Source of the DNA: Octopus sinensis | Lineage: Eukaryota | Length of the DNA: 64,000 nt | NCBI RefSeq assembly: GCF_006345805.1 | Contig: NC_043000.1 | Span: 121,582,001 to 121,646,000, forward strand | Direction of reading: 5' to 3' | In this document: positions 1 through 12,420 of the stretch, in pieces | How the letters are laid out: each line of letters begins with the position of its first letter | How positions within the stretch are numbered: the first letter of the stretch is position 1 | Translations under genes and position numbers: made by a program | The notes under the pieces: generated by a model | Told to the model about the DNA's origin: nothing | Database searches by the model: none | The model's input: the letters and a program-made list of their open reading frames with translations, nothing else

Positions 1-211
1 TGCGCTGCCAACGTGAAAATATCGTATAGCTTATAATGTGTTCGAATCTGTATGTGTTTATATTTTTAAGGTGGTTGGTCTTTACCACGTCATTTTTTTT
101 TACTACAGGAAAACCCTTTTAGCATTTATGGTCATTCAATAATATCCTGTATATTATGGAAACCAAAGCTATCTCATCTACACTCAGTGTGTTATCATGT
201 TAATCAAAATA

Positions 212-784
212 TTGGGTTGTCCGGAAAGTTCGAGGCGATTTATAGTAGCTTACATTTCAACTTAGTTTAGAACATGGTTTAGTCCATAAAATAGGATTTG
301 ACTACATCTCTATTTAGAGTAGAGTTTAAGCTATCTTTTCGTGGAAGAAGGTTTATGTTCCCATAACGTGTGTTAATTCTGTAACCCTTTAAAATGGAAG
401 AAAAGAAAGTTCATTTTCGGCACTTGATGCCTTGGGAACCAGACAAAAATTGCCGCAGCTCGGCTGGGATGTGTTACCCCACTCTACATATTCACCAGAT
501 ATTGTTCATTCGGATTTCCACTTATTCACCTATTCAGGTCTCTGCAGAATAGCCTTAATGTTAAAAATTTCAATTCCTTGGATGATGTATAAAGGTACCT
601 TGATGAATTCTTTGCCATGAAACCACCTCAATTCTGGGAAGAGGGTATTTTCAAGTTAAAGGAAATATGGAGACGCATTGTGCAACAAAATGGTTCATAT
701 TTGTTTGATTAAAAATGTAATGGCAAGTATTTATTGACCTTGGATTTCTTTTAAAAATCGGCACGGACTTTCCGGACAACCCAA
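212..784 (+). mobile_element. Internally deleted mariner (DD34D) element, MITE-like, with intact TIRs
   Basis: Left TIR TTGGGTTGTCCGGAAAGTTCGAGGCGATTT (212-241) matches the reverse complement of the right TIR AAATCGGCACGGACTTTCCGGACAACCCAA (755-784). TA on both sides (210-211, 785-786). Transposase remnants inside. Confidence 0.92.
394..712 (+). pseudogene. Mariner transposase remnant (N-terminus fused to C-terminus, frameshifted)
   Basis: MEEKKVHFRHLM start, then TRQKLPQLGWDVLPHSTYSPDIVHSDFHLF (YSPDLAPSDYHLF-like motif) and ...FFAMKPPQFWEEGIFKLKEIWRRIVQQNGSYLFD*. Confidence 0.85.
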
Positions 785-1559
785 TATTATATTGCCCATT
801 GAACGTTGAAAGGTCTAAATGCTGCTTTAACTTCAGGTTGCTTCGATTGTCAACGCTTGTAACTATCGCTAAATAGTACGGTTAATTCGTAAAACACTAA
901 ATTAAACAGAAATACGGTTTAATAAATAGAACTGAAACATCATTAAAGTGTATATTATTGACTCTAATATGATGAAATTACCAACATACTTTATCACTAT
1001 TAAAACACAACCTGAAAAATAGCTTGAATGATTTGTGCAAGTGTTCCCTATGGATCCCATGTGTTATGAGATCTTTATTGTGAATCACTATGCTAATAGT
1101 ACCCTAATTTCGTATCCGGCATAACTCGTGTATCTAACTGGCATTATATTACTGATATCAATGTAATAAACTACGCTCTTTTCGCGTAATTAAACACGTT
1201 TCTTATTCCAACCAATAGAAAATATGAAACCTTCTTTTTTCTAGTTATACGGATTATATAATGACCGGAAATTTGTCATTCGGCGGTAATCGTCGTATGT
1301 TAAATTTCCGGGTGCAGTCATTTTACACCACTTAAACAAGTAATATTCTTATCAAGTATATAAATACCATGTCATCATATATCTCTTTAACGTATGTTGT
1401 AGGATGTTCCGCAACATTAGAAGAAATCAATATAACGAGCGAACGAGAGCGTATGTAACAGCCATCTCCTCTTCCAATAACACCCAATTGTCAGAGAAAG
1501 TGAGAAGTATGTCAGATAATTTACCAAGATGTTGGGGTTTCACACATATAACTCATTAT

Positions 1560-1619
1560 GGGACTGAACCTCCTGGAACCATGTGGTTGGGAAGCAAGTT
1601 TTTTACCACACAGCCATGC
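1560..1619 (-). mobile_element. tRNA-derived CORE-type SINE head fragment
   Basis: Reverse complement GCATGGCTGTGTGGTAAAAAACTTGCTTCCCAACCACATGGTTCCAGG.. matches the SINE heads at 37050-37114 and 63856-64000. Confidence 0.6.
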
Positions 1620-1724
1620 TTGTATATCCACTCGTACACACATGCATCTATCTATAAAGACATGGCTCTGTTCATGTATACACTTCCTTGCAATACTAGT
1701 TAACTCACTGATCACTCTCTCTCA

Positions 1725-1812
1725 TTTTGTGTGTGTGTATATGTGTGCGCGTGCATATATATATATATATATATGTGTGTCTGTGTGTGTGTGTGTGTGT
1801 GTCTGTGTGTGT
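1725..1812. repeat. Compound (TG)n/(TA)n microsatellite
   Basis: Directly visible. Confidence 0.95.
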
Positions 1813-1820
1813 ATCGCATA

Positions 1821-2097
1821 ACTGGCACTCATGCCGCTGGTACGTAAAAAGCACCATATGAGCGCGGTCGATGCTAGTGTTGCCTGATTGGCTCCCGTGC
1901 CGGTGGCACATAAATAGCAACCACTACACTCTCGGTGTGGTTGGCGTTAGGAAGGACATCCAGCCGCAGAAACCTTGCAAATTCTGATTGGAGTCTGCTG
2001 CAGATTCCCGATTTGCTGGTCCATAGTCAAACTGTCCAACCCATGCCAGTAGGGAAAGCGGTCATTAAACGATAATGATGATGATGAAGATGGTGAT
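1821..2097 (+). mobile_element. Retroposon 3' tail (RTE-like LINE/SINE tail) ending in (GAT)n
   Basis: GGCGTTAGGAAGGACATCCAGCCG...CCAACCCATGCCAG...CATTAAACGATAATGATGATGATG. A homologous tail occurs at 40680-40800. Confidence 0.55.
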
Positions 2098-2891
2098 ATT
2101 CACATATAGACACTTGCGTTTATTCATAGAGGCCCAGCTCTTTCCATATGTGTACACACTTCCGAGCAATGATCGTTAACTCATTAGTCTCTCCCTCTCT
2201 CTATCTCTCTTTCTTTCTCTCTCACCCTCCTCTTTCCCTCCCTCACTCTTTTCCTCCCTAGTTATAGAGAGAGAGCATATACGGTCTGTATTATCTAAGA
2301 TATATATAGAAAAAAAGCTACATATAAATGACTTATGTTCAAAAATTTAGAAAGGAATTAATATAGCTCCAATAATATTGGTTGAACGAAATAATTCGCC
2401 AACGAAGACGAAGCAATTAAGAAACTTCTGATACATTCAAAAGCATTCTTACAACTTTATTTCATTGTTTACCGTTCTTTGATGAGAGGAACAATAAGGA
2501 AACTTTTTCTTCTCATATACACCGATATTTTATGCTATATTTACAAATGAGTTCTCTTTTCTCTCACCTTGGTCCAAAACCCTTCAATTTATTACTTTAT
2601 AAGTACTTTAATATATACAACTATTCCTGCAGAATTATATATATATATATATATAATCAAAGTAAGCAACAAGAATATCTTCGGTAATTTGGTACGATCG
2701 ATTCACGCTACATCATTTTATTAAACATTGTAAGTATTACATCAGCTTTAAAATGTTGAGCAATTATCAGCCATTTATAGAGGTTTTCTATCAATACATA
2801 TATATACTTATTTCCGTACTTTCATTTTAATCATCCCATGCGTTTATATGGATAACACCGTACAAAATTCTGGTGCATTTGACTTAAGTAC

Positions 2892-2923
2892 AATATTCAT
2901 TTGAATCTAACTTTTGCTGAACT
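2892..2923 (-). repeat. 32-bp motif abutting (TA)n, copy 1
   Basis: Reverse complement AGTTCAGCAAAAGTTAGATTCAAATGAATATT. Same motif at 3729 and 4823. Confidence 0.75.
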
Positions 2924-3665
2924 TATATATATATATATATATAACATAAATGTAATAACAAACAGTTTTAAATAAGAATGTTCTCATCAGGGTTTCCGAT
3001 TTTGATTAAAATATATGCTTGCAAGAAAATATATGGATACTAGACCTGCTAGAATTGGATGGCTTGCAATTTTCAAAACATATTGTAAACGCCTAAAATA
3101 TAAGAAAAAAACATATTGCATAATATAGCTCTGCTGATATTTATCTAGAAAGAAACGCCGTGACCACAGCGAGATTCATTTGATCATAGGCCAATATATT
3201 GATGTTTAACTTGCAGCTAAAAGCGGCGGCATGATTGTAACAACACACTTCTGAGAACACTTATACTTAGATCTTCATATTTCAAAACGTAAAATTTTCC
3301 TAAATATTATAAAATCACGAAACGACCTCTGTAATGAAATATATCATTTTTCTTTGTGTTCATTTATTGATATATTTTATTTAACATCTCACCTACATTA
3401 TTACAAATTTTGCCAAACTTCATATCATTTGCATGAGGCAGTGCTTCGAGCAAATTACAATACGATTTTTATTTCTTATTTTTGCATTGAAATATTAAAT
3501 GTATATTTTGAATATCAGAATTTTGCACTAAAAAAATCAATTTATGGGAAATTATTAAAAGTTTTATTCAAAAGTATTTTGGTTAACGAATCACAATCCT
3601 TGTGATGGTAGCCTAAAGAAAATAAGACCAAGTATAGTAGCGCGAATGATATTCTCCAATTGTCA

Positions 3666-3670
3666 TTTAT

Positions 3671-3730
<60 letters not shown>

Positions 3731-3765
3731 TTCAGCAAAAATTTAGATTCAGATTAATATATATA

Positions 3766-3805
<40 letters not shown>
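3666..3805. repeat. (TA)n microsatellite interrupted by the 32-bp motif (3729-3760)
   Basis: Directly visible; island AGTTCAGCAAAAATTTAGATTCAGATTAATAT. Confidence 0.9.
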
Positions 3806-3808
<3 letters not shown>

Positions 3809-4822
3809 GGGCAATTTCTTTCTGGTTGTGACTGTGTGTATTTGTGAATTTATTAATTTAACTCCCCCAAGACTATCCAACCGTTCCTCGTGAAACTTGA
3901 CACGTTGGGGTTGGGAGTCTACTGCCTATGCGGTCACGTACGCACTTGAAATTCCAAAAAATAAAAAAAATGGTAATGTTTGATCAGCGTCGATTTTTCA
4001 CAGACCAATAGGACTTTTGAAATCAAATTCTCATATGAATGATATTTTCTACAAACCCTTTTAAAGTTTTCAAACGATTTTCTTAAAATTTTATTCACAA
4101 ATACAATATGTACTAAGGAAGATCGAAACAAAAAAAAATTTTACGCCTATGCACAAAAAGGATGATGGCACGCGTTTGTTTGCTACCAGAATTTGGTCAT
4201 TTTTTCGTGAAATTGGTCTTACCCATTAACATAGATTTCAATTTGTCGAAAAATGCCGAATTTCAGCGAAAAACATTTCATGGGTATAAACAGACATCTT
4301 GTTAACGATAATCGCAATACGAATAAGTTTCACTTGCTAAAATTTATTATTTCAGTTCGTTGATTTAATTCCCCAGCGTTTCAGGTTTTAAATAGGTAAG
4401 TGCATTTTATTTCTCAAGCATTTTTAGTTCAGTATTTCATGCATAAAAATAGATATGCAGACAATCAAACAACATTTATACAAACTGATACTTATATACA
4501 AGCTTTAACTTATCATTATACCTCCTCTTAACTTGCGAATATTTTGGAGTTCCGATTTGCGCTAAGTTACTACATGAACCTTAACTCCATGAGTTACATA
4601 TGTGCAGCTTTCCACTCATCTGAGGAAATGATTGTCGTTTTCCGATTCCACACGTTTTCATTTGCATTATCGTCTCGTGAATAAATTTTCTCACACCTCT
4701 TATCTGTCCTGTGTCTTGATTTCCTCTTTCGTCTGTGAGAAATTAGGCATTGTAATTGGTACTGGGAATATCCACTCTCCCGGGTATTACCTGGTACCTC
4801 AGCTAGTATATATATATATCTA

Positions 4823-4853
4823 AGTTCAGCAAAATTTAGATTCAGATGAATAT
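4823..4853 (+). repeat. 32-bp motif abutting (TA)n, copy 3
   Basis: AGTTCAGCAAAATTTAGATTCAGATGAATAT, just after a short (TA)n. Confidence 0.75.
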
Positions 4854-5254
4854 ATTGTTGATGTCAATTTATAAAATATCGGAAAGTCCTTTTCAGTTTA
4901 ATATTCATAGGTCTAGACACAACAATCACATACACACACATACGTACACACACATATGCGTACACACACACACACTAAACACATAATATATTCTTTTACG
5001 CTTTTATTAGTTTTAGTTATTTGACTGCGGACATGCTGAACTTGTCTTTGGAAAGAGCCCCAATTGAAACGCAAACTAAGGTTCAAGAATATTATAAACT
5101 TCATTACTAATCCCCTAATAAGCTAAATTTTTCTAATTCCAGACTGAATGAGACGGCTGTAACACACCCTTTGAAATATCCTAATAATACCCTCACAGTT
5201 GACTAGTTTACATAAAATCCTCACAGCTGATTAGTTTACATAAAACAATTAGGA

Positions 5255-6370
5255 TATAAAGCAATTTGGAAGTTCGCTGTGCGATAAGGTTTTTATAAAG
5301 CTCGGTAAAAACGCTACTGAGACTTATGAAATGCTCCCGACTGATTGTGGATTAGTGTGTATGAGCCGACCATCTGCTTTTCCCTACAATAGGCGGTTCA
5401 AGGGCGGTCGCGTGGAGAGGGAGAGACAATGAGAGATGAGGGAGGGAAAGAAGCGTCGGAACACAGAGCTGGTGGGGAAAATTGTCAATTTGTGAATGAC
5501 GACTGTTGTCTCTCTACAATAACATTAAGTTTATTCTTTGGAGTTTGTTTGGCAACTATACACAGAATTAATCATGAAGATTTGAACATGTGCAAAATGC
5601 ATGCAAAGTTTGATTCCAGCGTGCTCTGTGAGGGAAGAAAGAATGGCGCGTTACTGACCGCAGGGACATGAACTCATTAAGTACACCTCAAGAGTATTTG
5701 AGCCTGTGATGATCTATGACGAAGGTGTGATCTACTGTTATGATCCAGAGACTAAGAGGCAGAGTGCCTCATGGAATCATTCTGGTTCATCGAGACTCAA
5801 CAAGGCCATGCAAAGTCCACCACAAATGTTATGATGGTCCCTTTTTTCTACAGCAAGAGTATCATTCACTTCCATAGGGTTGGTGCTCGTCAGGTAATCA
5901 AGAAAGACTATTTTGTTGGGGTTTTGAGGGGGTTTATGAAGAGATATCGTCGCAAATGGACAGAGTTCATTCACTCAAATCCAGGTCCCAGGTCACCTTC
6001 CTGGGAACAATGAACCAGTTCACAATTCCACCCTGGAAATCAACTGCGTTTGAGAAACGCGTATCAAAACTCTCCCTCACTTTCCTTGCAATTCATACCT
6101 TGTTAACTCTGAGTTTTGGTTGTTCTCCAAGCTGAAGGAGTACTTTGGAGGTAATAGGTTTTCATGCATTCAGAAAAAGAAGGTGTGACAATGTGCATGC
6201 TACCTTCACGTTTTGGAAGGCGCCCACGTATCCTTCGCGGAGCGGAAAGAGCGCTGCAGCAAAGTACATTGATGTCAGAGAATCTTACTTTGAAGGAGAT
6301 TAGTATTTTGTACTTGGGAATTAATGTATCTCCTAAAAAATATCTCAAACATTCTGGAATGTTCCTTGTA
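5255..6370 (+). mobile_element. Decayed mariner transposon (near full-length transposase pseudogene, putative right TIR)
   Basis: Multi-frame remnants: NLEVRCAIRF..KLGKNATETYEML (HTH), DEGVIYCYDPETKRQSASW (first catalytic D region), VMMVPFFYSKSIIHFH, EFWLFSKLKEYFGGNRF, ERCSK..V..YFEGD*. Right end TCTCAAACATTCTGGAATGTTCCTTGTA. Left TIR not found. Confidence 0.85.
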
Positions 6371-8139
6371 TTTACTTACGCATATACAGATGACGTATAT
6401 AATCGTTACATGATATATAGAAGAACAGAAGATGTTTTAAGGTGCTATTCATGAGCTTTGCCATTGTGTTACTAGACAAAACTAATACATGTGTGAGTGT
6501 ATGTATTTTACTATCAAACACCTTTTCAACATTTATGTTGCAGAATCTAAATATTTAAGTTGCAAACTATTTGGCAAGGCTTAACAAACAATAATGCGTC
6601 TCTTACTATCTGAAATTTAATTTTAAAAGTTGTTTAGTGTATTTTTAATAATATCTGTCATAACTCGACTATCAAATGGCAAACACTAGCAATTTTTATC
6701 TATTTAGTTTTTGTTTGAAAGCATAAATGAAACAACAATACTTCTCTATGGAACTCAGACTCCTCGAGAACGAGAATAAAAATAACATAGCATTACGTTC
6801 TATTCATAAAATTGGTTATACAATAAAGATTCACATTAAATATTATTGTTTTATTGTTTTCTATGTTAAAAGCAAAAGGCATTCAAAGATGTGGCATTTC
6901 TAAAGTTAAAAGTGAAAAACCAATGAATGAAAAAGACACAAAACAATAAAAGCAAAAAATAATAATAATAAATAAATAAATAGGATACCGCACACTTCTG
7001 AATAATTTATCTCATTCCGAGAGAGAATAAATTATGTTACAATGGTGATAGTACCAAAGGAAAAGAGAAACCATTTTTGGTTCAACTCGCATGGTTATAT
7101 TAGAAATCAATAAGCAGCCATATTCAATTTGACAAACCTGAATATTTCTCACTGCTGGATAATATTCGACGAAGTTTTCAGTAAATTCAATTCAAAAGTA
7201 TCCATATTGTTATTCACACAGTTTTAAACTTAAGAAATAGTCTGAAATCAACAGCCTTGCTTATCAAACATAATATGCGGGTTTCCTTTTCATACTAAAC
7301 TTTTTGAGAAGACAATATGGCGATATTGATTATGTCGAGATTCTTGTGTAGACGAATGCATATTGTCATGAAATTTCCTTCAACAAAATATAAATCCTCT
7401 TCCTTCCAATCTACATGTACACATACATTAAAACGTATATAGAACACTAGGAATTCTTTGAGTAGTTTCTTATTGTTTCCGATGAAGTCAAGTTTGTGCT
7501 TCAATCTTCTTGGGTTGATAAAAATAAATACCAGTATAATACTGGAGTGGTTTAATCAACTAAACACTTTTGTGAACTCTCCGATTGCATAGCAGGTTGG
7601 AGTTTTATCGAAAATTTGTTGCTGTGAGTAGAACGGGTTGAACGATTCCAAAATGAGGATCGTCCAAATTTCCTAATTTAAACGGAATGAAGAGACCGTT
7701 CTCTATCGACTCCAATTATATGAGCATATCTTTGTGAACAAAGCTCAGTGTATTGAGGAGAGACACATTCCTCTTCGATTAAATCCACATAGCGTATTTC
7801 AAACTTCTCTCTAAAGAAAATGGATACAGAGGATAACAGTATACGAAATGACACACAGGGTGGAGAAATATACTTTAGAAGGGACAAATGCTTCCTTCTT
7901 TTAACCGAGATGTCATTGAATATACAGAGTTCTTTGATCAATAATTCATGAGATTGAATCTATTGTTCATTTATTCATATCATTCGTATAAAAGGTATAC
8001 ATTTTTGTTTTATCAGAGACTATCCCCCTCAGGCTGTTTTGTTTTAATGTCTCTTCATGCGATACCTCTGTGTTAAATAAACAAATCATCAAAACCCTCG
8101 TCTTCGTTGTTAATGACAACATTCTTCTTATTCTTGGTC

Positions 8140-8234
8140 ACCTACTACTACTACTACAATGTCTACTACGACAACTACTACGACTACTAGTACTACTACC
8201 ACTGTCACTATCACTACCACTACTACTGCTGCTG

Positions 8235-8282
<48 letters not shown>

Positions 8283-8338
8283 TTCTTCTTCGTCTTCTTT
8301 TTCTCCTCCCTCGTCATCATCATCATATCATCATCATC

Positions 8339-8373
<35 letters not shown>

Positions 8374-8375
8374 TA
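8140..8375. repeat. Compound trinucleotide block (CTA)n-(CTT)n-(CAT)n
   Basis: Directly visible; source of the poly-L/T/S/D ORFs. Confidence 0.95.
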
Positions 8376-8383
8376 TTTTCTAT

Positions 8384-9146
8384 ACAGTCAGCAGATAAGA
8401 CTGTTGGAAAAGTAAATAATCCTAATATCTGGCTGCAACAAGTCACTTTAGATGCTCAAGAAGCCTCCTAAGTATCCTAGCAGTCCCTAATAACACTGTT
8501 TTCTGGAGCTGTACAAAACTGGGTTTTATGCTTATTTCCTCTATACATTTGATCAGAACTTTAGGGATAGCTCCCACTGCACCTATAACTACTGGGATAC
8601 ATCTTTCCCGCACTTTCCATAGTCTCTGTAATACAATAGCTAGGTTCTGATACTTTCCTATTTTTTCTATAATTTCATTATTAATATTTTCATCATTTGA
8701 GATTGTAAAGTCAATTTTCTGGCACTTACTATTCCCTTTATCTACTACTACCAAATCAGGCCTTCTAGCTTCTATTATTCTGTCAGTTTGAATGTTAAAG
8801 TCCCGCAACATCTTGTATTTATTACTCTCTCATACTTTGCTAAATTCATGTTCATACCGTTTATCAGTATGTTCAAATCCTAGCTTTCAACGTAGCTCCC
8901 CGTGGATTACTCTCCCTAGATTATGATGTATTTTCTTGTATTTTTTCTCTGCCATCATGCTACATTCACTTACTATATGAGTAACGCTTTCCTCTTTTGA
9001 TTTACATAATCTACACTGGGAACCTATTTGGTTTTTGTCTAACTTGGCTTTTATCCAATTAGTTCTTAAGGCTTGATCTTAAGCAGTTACTAAGGAACTT
9101 TCTGTCTCCCTTTCCAGCTTTCCTTTCTGCAATCATAAACCACTAT
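8384..9146 (-). mobile_element. R4/Dong-like non-LTR retrotransposon 3' fragment A (CCHC knuckle plus REL endonuclease)
   Basis: WLQKGKLERETES..DQALRTNWIKAKLDK..CRLCKSKEESVTHIVSEC, then ORF 8443-8811 DFNIQTDRIIEARRPDLVVVDK..IDF..KIGKY..IPVVIGAVG..LQKTVLLGTARILRRLL (PD..D REL motif). The 3' end runs into (ATG)n. Confidence 0.9.
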
Positions 9147-9664
9147 GATAGTGGTTATGATTGCATAGTCTCACTATGACTATTTCCTATAACTATCTTT
9201 GGAAATCTACCATGCAACAGCTCAATGCGCAGCTCAATGTACTGTGCTTTGTTGCTGGGCTCTTATTTTCACTGTATTGAAATTGTTTTACGTAGGATGT
9301 GTGAGGTGCCTAGTAGTGCTACTTTTTGTATGTTATATATATATATATAAATCTATATATATATTCGTAACTCCCGGTATTTTTGTTATATATTTGTTGA
9401 ATGTTTTTAATCATAACTAATGCCACTACTATTATGTGAATTATTTCTGATTTTAGGTTCCACATTCGATTTACCTCTATTTCCTGATCTTTGGATTTTG
9501 AAAGCCTTTCCGTTTCTTTTAGAGAAACTTTGTCATATCCCAGTGTACGGTTGCTTTCTCACTTTCTATCGCCTATTTCCTGCGTGCGACTATCACATCT
9601 ATTTTCTGTTGATATTCCATAGTGTTGGCCTAGCTTCCATTGTATATAGGTCCCAACTCTGTCT

Positions 9665-11061
9665 AGTCTGTGAATATATTCCTTCTTAGGTAGGACTGGG
9701 CAACCAGAGACAACATGATTTATTGTTTCTTCTCCATCTTCACATATTCTGCAATAACTTGTATTTCTTTATATTACGTGTTTTCGGTAATTTCTGGTGA
9801 GAAGGCTTTAATGTTATACTGCAGTTAAATATCTTTCAGTCTTTGGTTTAAGTCCTGAGCTTTTCAGCGTCTATTGGGATTTTGCTTTGTCTATTTCTTG
9901 ACTGTATAGCTTAACTCAATATTTGCATTGAGCGGGCTTTTATTGCCATCGCTTTATTCATGATCCGTTGCTGTTCCAATTTTAGTTTGGATTTCAATTG
10001 TATTACGGCTTTGGTTGTTTCTTCTTTTCTTCGTAGTTGTTAGGTACTATGACTTCTTTCTTGCATTTGTCAGCTTCCTTAAAAACTGGGAACAGTTTTT
10101 TGTTCTGTTCGTTGTGCGTCCAATTGTATTAGTTTTCCTTGCTTCTGAAGTAGTCCTATGGTGATTATTTTCTAATAGTAGGCCTCTGGTGGTTATTTTC
10201 TAATAGTAGGCCTCTACTAATTTCGACACGTTGTGTATATAGCCTTTCTATGTCAAACTGTAGGTGTTGCATCGTAAATCCTACCATTATTACCTTCGAC
10301 GTATCGATGGCGGAGGTATTGTTTACAGCCATGCTTGTTTGTTTTGATTGTCTGGGGACAAGATATCTCAAGAACTGCCGCATGGATTCCGACGAAACTT
10401 TCAGGGGTTTTTCGCCTAGTGTGTGGCACAAGCTGATTTGATTTTGGGTTCGACAAAGATTCTGGATTATTTTTCCTGTTGTTTTAATAAATTTTTGAGA
10501 GCAGTGAGGTTCATTTTTAGCATTCTAGCTTGTGCGGGCAGTCGAGTGTATTTCAAACATTCTCATTTTAAAAATCATCTCTGGCTAATCGTTGAGAATG
10601 TGTTGGTGTTGCCTTGGAGGAGGTTTGCTCTCTCTCTCTTCCTCTCTCTCTCTCTTGTTTTTCTTGTTTTCCTGTCTATTTTGATTACTTCATTTAGAGT
10701 CGATTTCAGAATGTTGTAGCTGTAACATAGCTGATGCGCTTGGAGTGTTGATACTTATTATCTTGTATTTTACTTTGAGCTCTGTTTTCAGTATTAATCT
10801 AACTCATCAATAGTATTCCCTTTGTGCCTTCTCCCTTACTCGTGTTTGTTGTATTTTATCTAGTTCATTGATTCTTAAGAATATGTTTTATCTAGTGTGA
10901 TGTTACTCTTAACTGGCTGGCTTTCCTGTTTTCAAGGCTGTTTTGGCACAATGTTGTAAGTCAAATATCATGTTTATGTCTTTGGTAAATCCATGTAGTG
11001 TCTGAAGTAATGCTTCCAGCTGTTTATCATTTGTAGTGTACAGTTTTAGATCGTTTAGATT

Positions 11062-11062
<1 letters not shown>
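9665..11062 (-). mobile_element. R4/Dong-like LINE fragment B (RT C-terminus to CCHC), interrupted by a nested insert
   Basis: DLKLYTTNDKQLEALLQTLHGFTKDINMIFDLQHCAK (YMDD region), IDRKTRK..DIERLY, KSSGLKPKTE, CRICEDGEETINHVVSGCPVL, with frameshifts and stops. Confidence 0.8.
10288..10655 (+). mobile_element. Helentron-associated non-autonomous element (HINE/DINE-1-like) nested in LINE B
   Basis: 5' ATTACCTTCGAC..GGCGGAGGTATT hairpin, GTTTGTTTTGATTGTCTG tract, 3' subterminal CCTTGGAGGAGGTTTGC. It splits LINE codons (TRK|IMVG) at a T-rich site with no clear TSD. Confidence 0.6.
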
Positions 11063-11364
<302 letters not shown>

Positions 11365-11399
11365 GACGTCGCAATATCTGGATGTTGATTGAAGATACA

Positions 11400-12420
11400 A
11401 GGGCCTCAGACAGATAATACTTTACTCAATATGCGCGTAGTTTCAAGAATACTAACTTTTACAATACACTTCTAGTACAGAATCAATAGTCTTCATAGAT
11501 AGAGAAACAGATAAGAAGAGATTTAGTATGCAAATTATGAGAATGGCTTTTTCAAAATTTCCACATATTCTAAAGTTATTTCATAAATTCTGCTTTATTA
11601 TATAATATAGTGCTTTCCGGTGGAAAGGTTTGGATCCGTTACCATAGAAATACCTCAATAAGTTTTAGCTCTGAGTTCTGCAGTTTCCCATCAAGTACAA
11701 TATTTGATTCTATATTTTGATTGAATTCGCTTTTGCTTTAGGTATTAGCGATGTATGGAATTTTTTTTTTTGCAGTTTTGTAAGTGTGCAACTTATCTTT
11801 AGCTAAGTTTTAACTTTGTATTTTTGGACTCTGATGTTGTTTCACAATCCTTTTCACAGTTACCGATCATTTCAACTTCGTTAGCTTATTGGAAAATGAA
11901 CTTTTTTCTATTGGTGCTGTGTAGATTTTATATTAGTTTTTTCTTTATCTGACATTATTCGTGGTAAATACACTATAGTATTCTTAAAATCAGCGCTAGT
12001 GGGCGCATTGTAAGTACAACTATATATTCTTGTTTTTCTCTCTAGTGCTTCAAATTCATTTAGACTTTAGTTGATCAAACAAATATATTTTCATACTTAA
12101 GCAGTTGCTTAAATGATGGTTATGAACTTATTTTTGCATCTCTTGTTTCCGGAGACCCTTAATTATAGGGTACTTGATCTCCGCAATATTATATTGCTAT
12201 CGTATTTATCGCTTAGAAGTTTCGTCCGATGTGTCATTTGATTTTTTCTTTCTTTTCATATCATTAATATTGAAATATCTTTCTTTATTCTATATCGTTA
12301 TTGGTATCGTTTTCCATTTCTTGTTTCGGCTTTGACATTCATATATAAGATTCTCTGTGAGTACTGGTTTGCCATTGTAACTAAATACCCACTGTCTATC
12401 ACTTAGTTTAATCCGGTGGT
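11400..12420 (-). mobile_element. Highly degenerate Penelope-like RT remnant (tentative)
   Basis: Fragmentary resemblance only: TKLQKKKIPY (LPKLHK..IP.RP), STILYNKAEFMK, TKSLL (SFDVKSLF). Many stops and frameshifts. Confidence 0.3.

Noticed and set aside
1265-1311. 10-bp inverted repeat CCGGAAATTT/AAATTTCCGG as a hammerhead stem II
   Set aside because: The flanks lack CUGANGA and GAAA; likely a chance or decayed hairpin.
4615-4665. CTGAGGA followed by a hairpin
   Set aside because: No GAAA and no pairing stem I.
7295-7941. Non-repetitive minus-strand ORFs (69 and 87 aa)
   Set aside because: No recognisable motif or splice structure; probably an old TE relic but unassignable.
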